Source: Salisapilia sapeloensis CBS 127946
Lineage: Eukaryota > Protista > Oomycota
Length of the DNA: 64,000 bases
Assembly: GCA_023334545.1 (NCBI GenBank)
Contig: JAADVB010000039.1
Span: forward strand, 38,063 to 102,062
Direction: 5' to 3'
Shown in pieces: positions 1 to 10,485 of this stretch. The translations under genes and the position numbers were made by a program. Below the pieces are notes generated by a model, which was not told the origin of the DNA, ran no database searches, and worked only from the letters and a program-made list of their open reading frames with translations. How positions within the stretch are numbered: the first letter of the stretch is position 1; each line of letters begins with the position of its first letter.

Positions 1-2852
1 GCTAGAGTACCAGCCGCAATAGCAGAGATGAACGCAGCGACGTGGTCTTGTAGCTTTTGGACTGATTCGCTTACCGAAGTTGATTCTGTTGTCGACTTCC
101 CGCTCGTCAAGACACCTTTCGGATAGTCCCAGTCGTTGGCCGCTGGGTTATGCCGAATCGCAGACATCCAGCCAGACTTGAGGTTCGAATCAAACGTCAG
201 CGCGACCTTGCCTTGATTCACATCCGCTGCCAATCCATCTGCATGCAGTTCAGCCGCACGCCAAATGCCTCGCAACGCTTCAATATCGTCTTTTAACGCT
301 TCCACGAACCGTCGAAAGTCACTGTCATTCGTATACACGGCACCATGGCGAGTATATTTTTTCTCCTCATCTTCCAACGCCGTGATGGCACGAGATAAAT
401 CGTCATGAGTCACATAGCGCTTATCAGACACTTCATTCGAGAACCCGAACAACGTCCGAAGGTACTCGAGTTCATCCTTTTCTGATCGAGCTGGCAATTC
501 CTCCTTTCGAGCACGTAACCACTTCCGAACGGTGGACGGAAGATGCTGTAGTCGAATAGCTCCTTGGTGTTCATCGTCATCATGACAACCTGGCGTTCCG
601 AGTTTCTCGGACTTTAGCATTCGGAAAGAAGCTTCCGGAAGTAGTTGATCAGTGCTAGGTGCACCTAACGCAATATGAAAGTGTGCGAATTGAGAGAAAT
701 TAACTAGTCCAGAAGCATCATGGAATAGAAGAGAGAATGCAAGTGCCATGCCACGATCATATGCTACTGGTGATGGCAAATCTACTTTCTCGACATCATT
801 GTCACCTATACTCGCTTGCACTCGTCTCGGTCGAGACAACATCTTTTCCAGATCGTCTCGAGTAATAAACGATTCCTCTGTTTCAGACCGACTTTCTCGA
901 CTCATCTTCCGAAAGAGATTAAACAAAGCAGCGGATCCACTGCGTGTGATCGTCAAGAAACTCGCTCGATCCATGCACCATACTTTAGCATCCTCCAGCG
1001 CCGTCACAGTGGCACCTCGTCGACTATTGTACAGCAACGCAGCTTCTCCAAACGTTGATCCAGACCCAATAACACGATCGACAAACTCTTCCGTTCGGTT
1101 GGGTTTGTGTCTCGTGATTTGACACCGACCGGACTGGATCAAGTAAAAGTAGTCGCCTTGGTCACCCTGTCGCAATACAGTTGATCCTGCTCGTACGTCC
1201 AGTGGAAAGCACTTGCGCACTGCCATCGCCTTGGCTCGTTCACCCAACTCTGCAAACAACGGATGGTCCGATATAGCTTCCAGAAGGAAGCGCTGGTCAT
1301 CTAAAGACTTCTGACTATCAGGATGAGTTGACACGATCTGCCGGAATGTCGGTTTATCTAATCGCCACAGCACTGCGCCTTGCTTACTACGCACAGTGGC
1401 ACGACGAGGCGTGTCGTACATGAGAGCTGACTCTCCTAGTGCAGATTCAGGTCCATTCGTAGCAACCAAGACACTTTGTTGACCTAAATTTGACCCATAG
1501 ACACCCATTGCTCCAAGTGTCGAGCGACGTGTCAGTCGAGTCGAGCGAGATCGAGACAATTTCGAAGCAGATTGATGAGTTTCGGTCTTTTCTTCATTAC
1601 TTTTTGTGTGATGGTAATCGTCATCCATCGTCGATTCATGCAAGTAATGATCATAGTCCACGTATACATCACACTCTCCTTCCTCGACAATGTAAAAGAA
1701 CTCACCTGCTTCTCCCTGATAAAACAACGTTTCTCCTGCAAGCAGTTCTCGTCGACGAAACTGCTTGGCGATGGAAATAAGCTCCGGTTCACTCAACATG
1801 TGGAAGAGCTGGTGTCGACGTAGACAAGCAACGAGCTGCGATAGTTCCTTGCCTTCCTGTGGCTGCCTTGACGTCTTCTCTTCCTCCAACTGACGAAAAC
1901 GATGTTCCATGCTGGTCAAATGCTTTCGTAGCGAGATTTCAGATAAGAAGCTCACATCCTGTTGGAATTTAAGATAGTCATTCACACCTGTTCCATCTCC
2001 TTCCTTATCCGAAAAGTGCTTCGGTAGGTAGGAATTGGAAGAAGGGTATGGTAACAAGAGACCTAGGTATTGATATAACGCTGCAGCCAATTGAGAACAG
2101 AAGACTTTACTGGAAGCACCGGACGGCATCACTTGTCCGTCTCTATCTTTTGGAAACAGCGGATCCATCTCATTCTCAAAGATGGAACGCTCCGTCTGCC
2201 GTAATTGCTCCGTCAGAGCTCGATACTTTTCACCAACACGCTCGCGCTCAGTTTCCAATGCATTACGCTCAAACTGAGGCATGTTACGTCGGTGCTGCAA
2301 GTCCCCATCTAGTCTCACTAGCTCCTTTTTGGCGGCAATAAGCGAATGGAATAACTTCTCTCGACCTTGACGTGTCGGAACGTTGACACCAGCGTTGAAT
2401 AAACGCTGTGGACGGTTTTCGTACGGACTATCGAGCGCCCAGTGGGCAAATTCCCACGCTTTTTCACAAAACTCATCATCTCGAACTGCCTGAAGCTTTC
2501 GTAACGTGACTTCATGAGCTCGAGATCGACGAATGCGCTCGGATAATGGTCGTAGCTTGACACCAGATAGAGCAGCTTCAAGTAAAAACAACTCACCCGA
2601 TTCCGGGTCCCGAATGACAATGCCATTATGGTCAAAACGAGTTCTACCAAACATCTTTGCAGCCACACAGATCGATGCACCATACGGCGACATGGACGAA
2701 CAAGCTCGGTCGAAGAGCACAATGTCTCCCGTATCAGCACCTAGTAATTGCAATACATCTTTCAATTTGGCATCTTCAACCTGTTCCCGAACATCCTTTT
2801 CATTCAATTCCTTTACTTCATCTTCCGCCTTGTCCGTCGTAAGAGATGCCAT
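1..2852 (-). CDS. Multidomain protein, 3'-partial: permuted papain-like amidase (C92/YiiX-like) + 2 cNMP-binding domains + EF-hand-like segment + probable start of a mitochondrial carrier
   Basis: Hand translation gives one open frame from ATG 2852 to the window edge; no stop falls in the window, so the ORF track omits it. Motifs in order: TGDIVLFDR..RFDHNGIV..LLEAALSGVKLRPL..SPYEN..VFCSQLAAALYQYLGLL..SYLPKHF; LFHML..GETLFYQGEAGEFFYIVEEGEC..LGESALMYDTPRRATV; VLRQGDQGDYFYLIQSG..FGEAALLYNSRRGATV; SGLVNFSQFAHFHIAL; DHVAAFISAIAAGTLA at the edge. Confidence 0.85.
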   Translation of the reverse strand, partial: MASLTTDKAEDEVKELNEKDVREQVEDAKLKDVLQLLGADTGDIVLFDRACSSMSPYGASICVAAKMFGRTRFDHNGIVIRDPESGELFLLEAALSGVKLRPLSERIRRSRAHEVTLRKLQAVRDDEFCEKAWEFAHWALDSPYENRPQRLFNAGVNVPTRQGREKLFHSLIAAKKELVRLDGDLQHRRNMPQFERNALETERERVGEKYRALTEQLRQTERSIFENEMDPLFPKDRDGQVMPSGASSKVFCSQLAAALYQYLGLLLPYPSSNSYLPKHFSDKEGDGTGVNDYLKFQQDVSFLSEISLRKHLTSMEHRFRQLEEEKTSRQPQEGKELSQLVACLRRHQLFHMLSEPELISIAKQFRRRELLAGETLFYQGEAGEFFYIVEEGECDVYVDYDHYLHESTMDDDYHHTKSNEEKTETHQSASKLSRSRSTRLTRRSTLGAMGVYGSNLGQQSVLVATNGPESALGESALMYDTPRRATVRSKQGAVLWRLDKPTFRQIVSTHPDSQKSLDDQRFLLEAISDHPLFAELGERAKAMAVRKCFPLDVRAGSTVLRQGDQGDYFYLIQSGRCQITRHKPNRTEEFVDRVIGSGSTFGEAALLYNSRRGATVTALEDAKVWCMDRASFLTITRSGSAALFNLFRKMSRESRSETEESFITRDDLEKMLSRPRRVQASIGDNDVEKVDLPSPVAYDRGMALAFSLLFHDASGLVNFSQFAHFHIALGAPSTDQLLPEASFRMLKSEKLGTPGCHDDDEHQGAIRLQHLPSTVRKWLRARKEELPARSEKDELEYLRTLFGFSNEVSDKRYVTHDDLSRAITALEDEEKKYTRHGAVYTNDSDFRRFVEALKDDIEALRGIWRAAELHADGLAADVNQGKVALTFDSNLKSGWMSAIRHNPAANDWDYPKGVLTSGKSTTESTSVSESVQKLQDHVAAFISAIAAGTL

Positions 2853-2927
2853 CGTCGTCGATATGTCGGTGACAGCTTCGTGACCAGTCTGATCGGAGGT
2901 ACCCTTGTTGTAACAGACAAACACGAC

Positions 2928-3608
2928 ATGTGGACACAAATGCGGACAAGACCGATGTGGTCGATGCGAGCTACGTCTAGGCTGCTTCCACGATCACTAT
3001 CGACGAATACAAACAGACTAAAAGGATTGGCATTAGAAGAGCAAACCGTGGATGTGATGCGATCGATGAAATGTGAGCTTACGCCGACGCAAATATCCCA
3101 AGATGGAGGCATCGATCATCATGTACATGCGTCATGCTTATGAGTGCAATTTTATGTTGTATGTAGCTGATCGTTTGCATGTTTGATGTGGATACCTAGG
3201 GTGTATGGGATTTACCGGATATGCAAGTGGAAGTTGTGACGCAATGCAAGAATGAATCAAGTGCCGTGGGTGTCCAGTCCCTGCGTGAATTCCATGGGTC
3301 TTTGAGTCGTTATTCGACGCATACAGTCGGTCTCTTTGTTTCTGCTTCTGGCTATAGCATATACGCTCGTAGGTAAGTCACCACTCTTCTATAAGCGATG
3401 ACAAGCATGATAATAAAGTAGATTCTGTAGATTTTTCCAGCGCATGGATCAGCCTTGTATACTAAGCACCATCGAAAACGGCCAGTTCACCTCCTTTTTC
3501 CTAAATACCGCAGCTCATAGTCTGCTTCCAAAGCTCACTTGCGCCACTATGTTCAATGACTATGCACATGAACTAGTACTCACGTACGGAGGCGAAATTT
3601 TAGGCTAA
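2928..3608 (+). CDS. Restriction-endonuclease-fold (Mrr-like, RRG7/DUF2034-like) protein, probably mitochondrial; 3 exons
   Basis: Exons 2928-3122, 3200-3372 and 3431-3608 splice in frame: MWTQMRTRPMWSMRATSRLLPRSLS..KGLALEEQ..DGGIDHH|GVWDLPDMQVEVVTQCKNESSAVGVQSLREFHGSL..GLFVSASGYS..R|FFQRM..LNTAAHSLLP..GEILG*. The N-terminus is Arg/Ser-rich with no acidic residues. Confidence 0.75.
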
Positions 3609-3990
3609 GTAAACAGCGTATCGTCAGTAGCAATCTGTGTACCGATTAAAATACACAAGACGCCATTATGTGTGTTTAATAGTCTTATTTAAACATCGCT
3701 ACCTTCCTATTCTATAGTTAAGAATGAGTATAGAATTAACATATTAACTTTATACACGAAACAAAGTTGGATGGAAATCAAGTAGAAATCTGTTTTGGTT
3801 GTATACGATTGTGCCTAACGGTCCTAAGAATACCCACTGCTCTTTATCACAGCCAGTACTGGACAGATATCGAGTATGCGTACTTAGTATACTGCTACGA
3901 TTGGATCAACTTTCTTTGGCAGTGCAGCTATTCATCTCACTATCATCCATCATCAGCGTCCTTTTTAATCCAACTATCTAGAATGAATAC

Positions 3991-5156
3991 TTACGCTCGA
4001 ACGTCAACCACCATGACGCAGATATTGTCCATGCTCCCACGCGTAAAAGCTTCTTCCATCAACTTTCGCGCACCGTCCTTCGGATCGTCATAGCTATTCA
4101 CAATCTGTCCTGCCTCGTCATTCGAAATCATGTCCCACACGCCATCACTTGCCAGTACGATCGATCGCATGTTCGATGTAATACTCGTCTCTTTCACTTC
4201 CGGTTCCCCGGTAACGAACTGCTTGAGCATACGATCTCCAATGGCACGAGAGACAGCCAAAATGCCTTCGACACGCCAGACACCCCAGAAAACGACAGAC
4301 CCACCGAGCTGCTGCACTCGGTCGCGCTCATCTTTTCGATTCGGCTTGTGGTCGTCTGTCAATGCAATGATCGAGTCGTCATGATTCACGATAATCGCTC
4401 TCGAATCACCCACATGCGCGACGTAGATCTTTTCTCCACGCGTCAAGACCGCCACAGCGGTCGTTCCGTCCTCTGAATTTCTCCGATTGGCGATTTCGAG
4501 GTACTGTTGTATGCATGATAAGTTGTGTATGGAAAGAGAGAGGTATAGACATATACTTCTTTATCCGTCTTGACAAATCCTTCCTTTAAAGCTTTCTTCG
4601 GATCTTTTCGTATCGACTTGTGCTGGATGACGTTCTGGCATAAAGCTTCGACGCAGTAGCTACATACCACGTTAGCACCTATTGCTTCGAATATGGGATC
4701 AATAAACAGTACTTGGCTGCTCCATCACCTCCGTGGCCATCAAAGAGGCCATAGAATGACTGTGTCGAGTCGCCATTCAGCTCTCCGACAGCTACATGCC
4801 GATCCTCCATATACGGCCTCCTTCCCTATCGTAAAAGTTAGTCATGCACTTTTGTATCAGGCAACAGGATTTGTATACCTGCAATTGTGCAACTGCGTAG
4901 CGATATTGCACATTGTCCACTACAGGCGGCAGGATCGGTAGCTCAAATGGTGATGCCCCAGAGCTACTAGCAAAACACGATTAGTTCATATCTACATTCT
5001 ATCGTGCAAATAGACTTTAAATGCAGACCCGAGTGCTGCCACGACGTATCGGAAGATACTAAAGATGGCAAGAATGGCCAACGCGTGGCTTACGTAGCTA
5101 TCACGTAGCATGCTCGCTAAGTTCTGGAGCGTATCGAGACTTATGGGGCCTGCCAT
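3991..5156 (-). CDS. Protein phosphatase 2C (PPM family), multi-exon
   Basis: Q|GRRPYMEDRH, FYGLFDGHGG, DGTTAV, VAHVGDSRA, DHKPNRKDERDR, GILAVSRAIGD, LASDGVWD, GSMDNI across exons. The start at 5156 is less certain. Confidence 0.93.
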
Positions 5157-5848
5157 GATATCAAAAGGTGTCTGTTGAAGGTATACACTAGTCTAGAGCT
5201 GTGTTCGCGACAGGGAATGGCTAGTAGCGAAGCGTATCACTCGGCGATGCGAATTCCGACCTTGGGACAGCTCCACAATGCTGGAAAAATGGTTACTCCA
5301 CGAAAGTGAATGCTGTAGGAGCTACTGTATGATATCTGTTGTACAATTGTTTTATGCAGGCCCTGTCTACGATCAAGTTGAAAATTACGATGCCACACCG
5401 GCTTCGCTTGTGATGCTGAATGAAGGCGATGGTATCAACTCGTCGTTTGCTAGCTTCAAATCAGTACAAGTAGATTAATGAGCGGTAGAAATCAGGAGGA
5501 TCCTGTAGTCTATATTTAGCATGTATATTTTTATCCTCGTAAGTTGCCTGCTAGCAATACTCTTGCGCTTCAATCCTACTTGGACATGTACACCAGCTCT
5601 ATTTCTATTTTCTCTACTTCGTTCGCTGTGTAGGAAAATAATCTTCATCCAAAGCACTAGGGACGATACGGGGACTCACTTCTTAGATATGTAGTTTACT
5701 TTCATATGAACACCGGACGGGTGCAAGTTTCCACTGGAGGTGGCGATTGCTTTTGTATCTTACAATGTCCTATCACCCTTTCGTCCATTTATATCGATAA
5801 CATTCAAAAAGCACACATGATAACATACAGCAATAGTTTATTCCACGC

Positions 5849-7412
5849 TTACATCTTTCTCAAGTTGCATACATCCCATACAGCTTCGCTTGTCGCGATC
5901 ATACGCCATGCTTTATTCACGACCATGACATTCTTCACATCGTCATTCGAGAGAAACGACAGGATGCTCCGACATGGGCCAAATCCCATGGGTGGCATCA
6001 TTTCTCCAAACAATGGAAATACAAGCACTAGGTCGGATGCATGCTGCTGATAAGTTGACACCGTGCCACTCGACTTATCCATCATCTCTTCCAGTCGCAT
6101 CGTCGCCACCGACTTTTTCAACCTCGTTCGAACACGAGGTAGTGACGGAGAGACGAACATATCGTCTGCATCACTCCATGGTGACTGCAACGCACATCGA
6201 CTCTTTTTGCTCGAAGAAGGCGTTCGATTCCGACATTCGACACAAACGCACTTGTCTCCACACGGAATGCCGGCTTGGAAACACTCGCAATATCGTTTCG
6301 TACATCCACTTCGTTTACAATGACAACCGCTCTTGTGCTGCAGTCGCTGTCCTTTGGTCACAAGCGTCCCAACACGTCGTTTCTTCGATTCGATCTTGGG
6401 CTTAAATGCATCCGGACGCTTCAAAAGGAGACGCTCAATCTTATCCTGTCGCTCACTTTCATGCTCACGCGTGTTTAAACAATTGACACAACGACATTGC
6501 GGATGGCAGTACCCTCGTTCGCCAAAACAGACACAATATAACTTTAGACATCCGGTCCTTTTACAACTACAAGACGTGACGTTCAGATCGACCGGAGCTG
6601 GGGATTCAGCCATATCTTCCGTCACTAACTTTCGCTTGGTCGGAAGTTTCGCTTTCTCTTTCCTCATCTTGAATGTCGAGAGAGGTGGCGTATTCTCCAC
6701 TTCTTCTGGTGGAATGGACTTATATGACATCGGTAGGATAGTACTATCAGGTACAGTAGTAGGTGGGCTACTCGGGTTTGTGTTGGTCTCGAAAGACTGA
6801 AGCTTGGATCTGGCTTTATCACTACAAAGGATGAGTGCCATGAAGAGAATAAAAACGCAATCAACTAGTTACATCATGTCGTTGACAGCTTCCAAGGTAT
6901 GTGGACCGCCTTCACCTGGTGAATTCAGCTTTACTTTCATACTGTTAGAAGACTTCCATGTCTTTCGGAGCTGAGATTCACATCCGTTGCGAATTGTCAC
7001 TTCCACTCGTCCATTGAGAAATGAACTTGTATGTACTTCTTCTTTACTTCCCTCCGGTTCAGATCTATATTTGTTCATTGAATAACCGTAGTGGGATGCA
7101 AGATAAGCATGAGAAAGCGTACATGAGCTGGAGACCGGGATCCGACCGACGGCGTTTTCGGCGTGATCGATACTGCCGTTCTTCTTGTGTTGGCATTGGG
7201 GATATAAGACCTGGCGGTACGAAGGAGAAGCATAGATCTAGATCTTCTAGCGGATTATGCAGTCCGCTAGGAAGACTTTCCAACTCTTCTTGATCGTCAT
7301 GCACGCTCTCGAAAGCATTGGCCAACGGCGACGTCGAGCGCCAGACAAAGTCCTCTGCATCTAGGGCACTGAATGGAGGAGATAACGTATTGACAGTAGG
7401 TACATCCTCCAT
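5849..7412 (-). CDS. Tesmin/TSO1/LIN54-like protein with two CXC domains and a C-terminal F-box-like motif; 3 exons
   Basis: CSCKRTGCLKLYCVCF..C..C.C.NC.N, linker RPDAFKPK, GCHCKRSGCTKRYCECFQAG..C...C.C.EC.N; terminal ILSFLSNDDVKNVMVVNKAWRMIATSEAVW. Upstream exons are joined by GT-AG introns (e.g. 7065-7122). First in-frame ATG is 7412; the track's 7460 start is a GTG. Confidence 0.88.
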
Positions 7413-7478
7413 CGTAAAGCAGTGTCGAAGGAGGACTGGTACGGCGCTTCGAGATGCCACTGCCTTTGGTACTGGATC

Positions 7479-7557
7479 GATTGGCGCCTTTTATTCAAAG
7501 TGAAAACGCGGGAAAAGTCCACCAATCATAATCGGTAAATGCATAACTCCGCCAATC
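7479..7557. promoter_or_regulatory. Cluster of three CCAAT boxes, an E2F-type site and a CHR-type hexamer upstream of the tesmin gene
   Basis: GATTGG 7479-7484, TTCAAA 7494-7499 (TTTGAA on the gene's sense strand), GCGGGAAA 7508-7515 (TTTCCCGC sense), CCAATC 7522-7527 and 7552-7557. Confidence 0.45.
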
Positions 7558-7659
7558 ACACACAAGTTGAAGAGGAATGGTACTGAAAAGGCACAAAAAG
7601 GCCACTAGTGGCAATGAAAAAGAAATCGATTCAAAGAAAAAGAATTTAGAGGCAACTGC

Positions 7660-9732
7660 TTACACGTCGTACATGGCTTCGATTGTCTCCGAGTACTTGT
7701 CCAGCACGACCGGACGCTTGAGCTTGAGCGTCGGCGTCATCTCACCGCCAGCGATCGAAAAGTCCTTGTCCAAAATGGTGTACTTGCCAACGTTCTGAGC
7801 GCGCGACGCTGCCTTGGCGTTCGCACGCTTGAGGCCATCGTCCAAGTACTTTTTCACCTTGTCGTCGTTCTTGGCCTCCGACACGGTTTTGGAAGATGAA
7901 CCGATCTCCTTCATAATCGACATGGCCGTCTCGTCCAAGTCGTCCGTCGGGTGACCTTCTTCATCGACGGTCGAACGGAGCGTGAACAAGGCCGAGAGGA
8001 ACTTGCGCTTGTCTCCGATGACCATGACGTTGGACAGGAGCGGCAATTCCTCCTTGAAGACGTCTTCAATCAAGACTGGCGGGACGTTCTCGCCACCGGC
8101 CGTCACAATCAGTTCCTTAATACGTCCCGTAATCTTCATGAAACCATCCTGATCAATGTCACCGATGTCACCGGAGTGGAGCCATCCTTCCTCATCGATC
8201 GTGTCACGCGTCTGCTCTTCGTTGTTTAGATATCCCATCATAATGTTACGGCCACGGAACAAGAGCTCGCCCGTGTCCTCAGCACACTTAATCTCCGATC
8301 CGGCGATCGTTACACCGCACGAACCGATCTTCCACCAGCCCTTCATATCACACGTCTGCGGTCCAGTCACTTCACTCTGTCCGAAGAACTCGTAGATTGG
8401 AAGGTCGAGGGCGGCGAAGAAGTTTACCACCTCGTCGCTGATCGGAGCAGCACCACTGAAACTGGCCTGACATTGGTCTAGACCGAGCGCTTCCTTAATA
8501 CGCGTCAACACGAGAGCATTGGCAATACCGTAGCCGCACGGGGCTCCGCCTGACTCGCCGTACTGAGCCATTTGTGACTTTTGCATGCCCTTTTCACGAG
8601 CCCATGTTGCTAGACGCTTCTTGATGCCAGTCGTCTGTGCACCGATGAGCTTCATCTTCTCCATAATCTTCTCCCACACTCGAGGGACACCGAAGAAGAG
8701 AGTCGGACGCACTTCCTTCATCGTGTGCGCGAGGGATCCCTTCAGGGCATCCGGCTGGGCAAAGTACATTTGCACACCGTGCGTGACGGGCAAGTGGATG
8801 TCAATCAGCTGGGCGGCAATGTGAGACATAGGCAGGTAACTGACGAGTCGGTGGCGATTGTCGACGACCAAGTCGTGGTTCCTCGCGATCTCTCTCGCGA
8901 CCGTTTCAATCGTCCACATGATATTGTCGTGGGAAACCATCACACCCTTGGGCTGGCCCGTCGTTCCGGACGTGTAAATGAGCGTGCAGCACTGGCCTGG
9001 ACGTTGGTCCTCCATGGCCTTATCAATGGCCTCATCCTCGTCCTTGGCACCCAATTGCATAAAGTCGTCCCACGAGTAGACAGGGACACTACAGTCGAGG
9101 CCTTCAGGCACAGGCTCGTTGTAGATAACAAGTGCTTTCAGCTTTGGTAGGTTCTTGTGGACCGACACAAACTTCTCGAGCTGGTTCGCACCGTCACAAA
9201 CCACCGCCACGGCATTCGAGTGGTCGGCAATGTATTCGCAAGCTTGCGGTGTGTTGGTCGTGTAGATACCAGCAGCAACACCGCCAGCAAAGATCGCACC
9301 AACATCGGCAATGACCCACTCGGGGGAGTTAAAACCGATGATACCGACGCCTTGGAAGCGATCCATGCCGAGGTGCAAGAGGGATTTACCAAAAGCCTTG
9401 CACTGGTCATAGTACTCTTGATATGTCATCGATTGCCTATGCAAATACAAAGATAAGTACGATGAAAGTGCAACGTGGAAGCAAAGGCACAGTACCATTC
9501 GTTGTTGCGCTTCACGTGTAGCGCATGCGAACTACCGCACTTGGCCAAGGTGTTCTTAAAGCCACCAACGACCGTCTTAGGCGCGAAGGATGCGTTACCG
9601 GATTCGGTCACGCGGAGTTTCACTTCGTCTTGAATGTTCCAAGTCTGTTTTTTAAGTACGGGCACAGTAAGAATCGTGTCGGAGGTGGTCGAGAGGAGGG
9701 ACACGTACCACATATTCGTTAAAGCCCGACAT
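7660..9732 (-). CDS. Long-chain fatty acyl-CoA synthetase, bubblegum (ACSBG)-like; 3 exons
   Basis: LIYTSGTTGQPKGVM, YLPMSHIAAQ, FGQSEVTG, GWLHSGDIG, ITGRIKELIVTAGGENVPP, TPTLKLKR. N-terminal exons read MSGFNEYV|TWNIQDEV..NNEW|QSMTY. Confidence 0.95.
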
Positions 9733-10485
9733 TTTGATCTTTCCTTGAAAGTACGCGCGTAGGTTTCCTTTGTGCTAATGGAGGCGGATTCTTAAATGAC
9801 GAGTCTCGTGGTTTCTCGGTCCAGCATCTGCATCTTTTTGACCAATAGACGGAGAACGGAAGCTTGAACATGTGTCTTGTTTGCTTTCGAACTTTTCGCT
9901 GCCTCTTCATCTCACTTCGCAAGTTACGGAAAAAAGTGGATTAAAAAAGTAGATGAAGATGTATCTATCTTATTGAATGAGATAGTAGAGGAGTAGGAAG
10001 GAGTGACTTTTAGACAAAACGTAGATGGTTTATTGGATCTGGATCTGGATGGGATTCGGATCGTAAGATCAAAAAACATTACTCGCTTGTCAGTCGTTCC
10101 ACGCTCTGATTCTAGCGTAAAAATCGACGCGCTTGATCTGGTCATACAATTAAATCGCTGCGGGTGTTCATAATCGAACGTGGCCGTCAAGAAGATCGGT
10201 TGAACTACTTCAACGTACAGTAGCTATCTACTCCTACTGTTTCTCTTGTTGTTTTGCAAAAACGGAGCAGATATCCAAAGCTAGGAAAGGAAATCATTGT
10301 ATAGCACCAGACATAATCTTTTCTTTAGGCAGCTTTCTCCTCGGATTCCAAAAATTACAATTCGGCACAGATCACACCTATTCGTCCATGCTTTGCAACA
10401 AACTGCTTATTCGCCGATCGACCGCATCAAATTGACACAAACGCTCAAGTAGAAGAGATCGAGTACTCGGACCAGCCTCTTCCCC

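Noticed and set aside
748-2740. Numerous short track ORFs over the first 2.8 kb
   Set aside because: They are alternative or antisense frames of the long minus-strand gene, which the track omitted because its stop lies outside the window.
5217-5478. Small + strand ORFs between PP2C and the tesmin gene
   Set aside because: No recognisable motif and no consistent splice model, although the local strand pattern would accommodate a gene.
9925-10190. Protein-like frames and GGATCT repeats between the acyl-CoA synthetase and TSG101
   Set aside because: The + frame lacks an ATG and has an internal stop; the - ORF has no motif; the repeat is only about 2.5 units.
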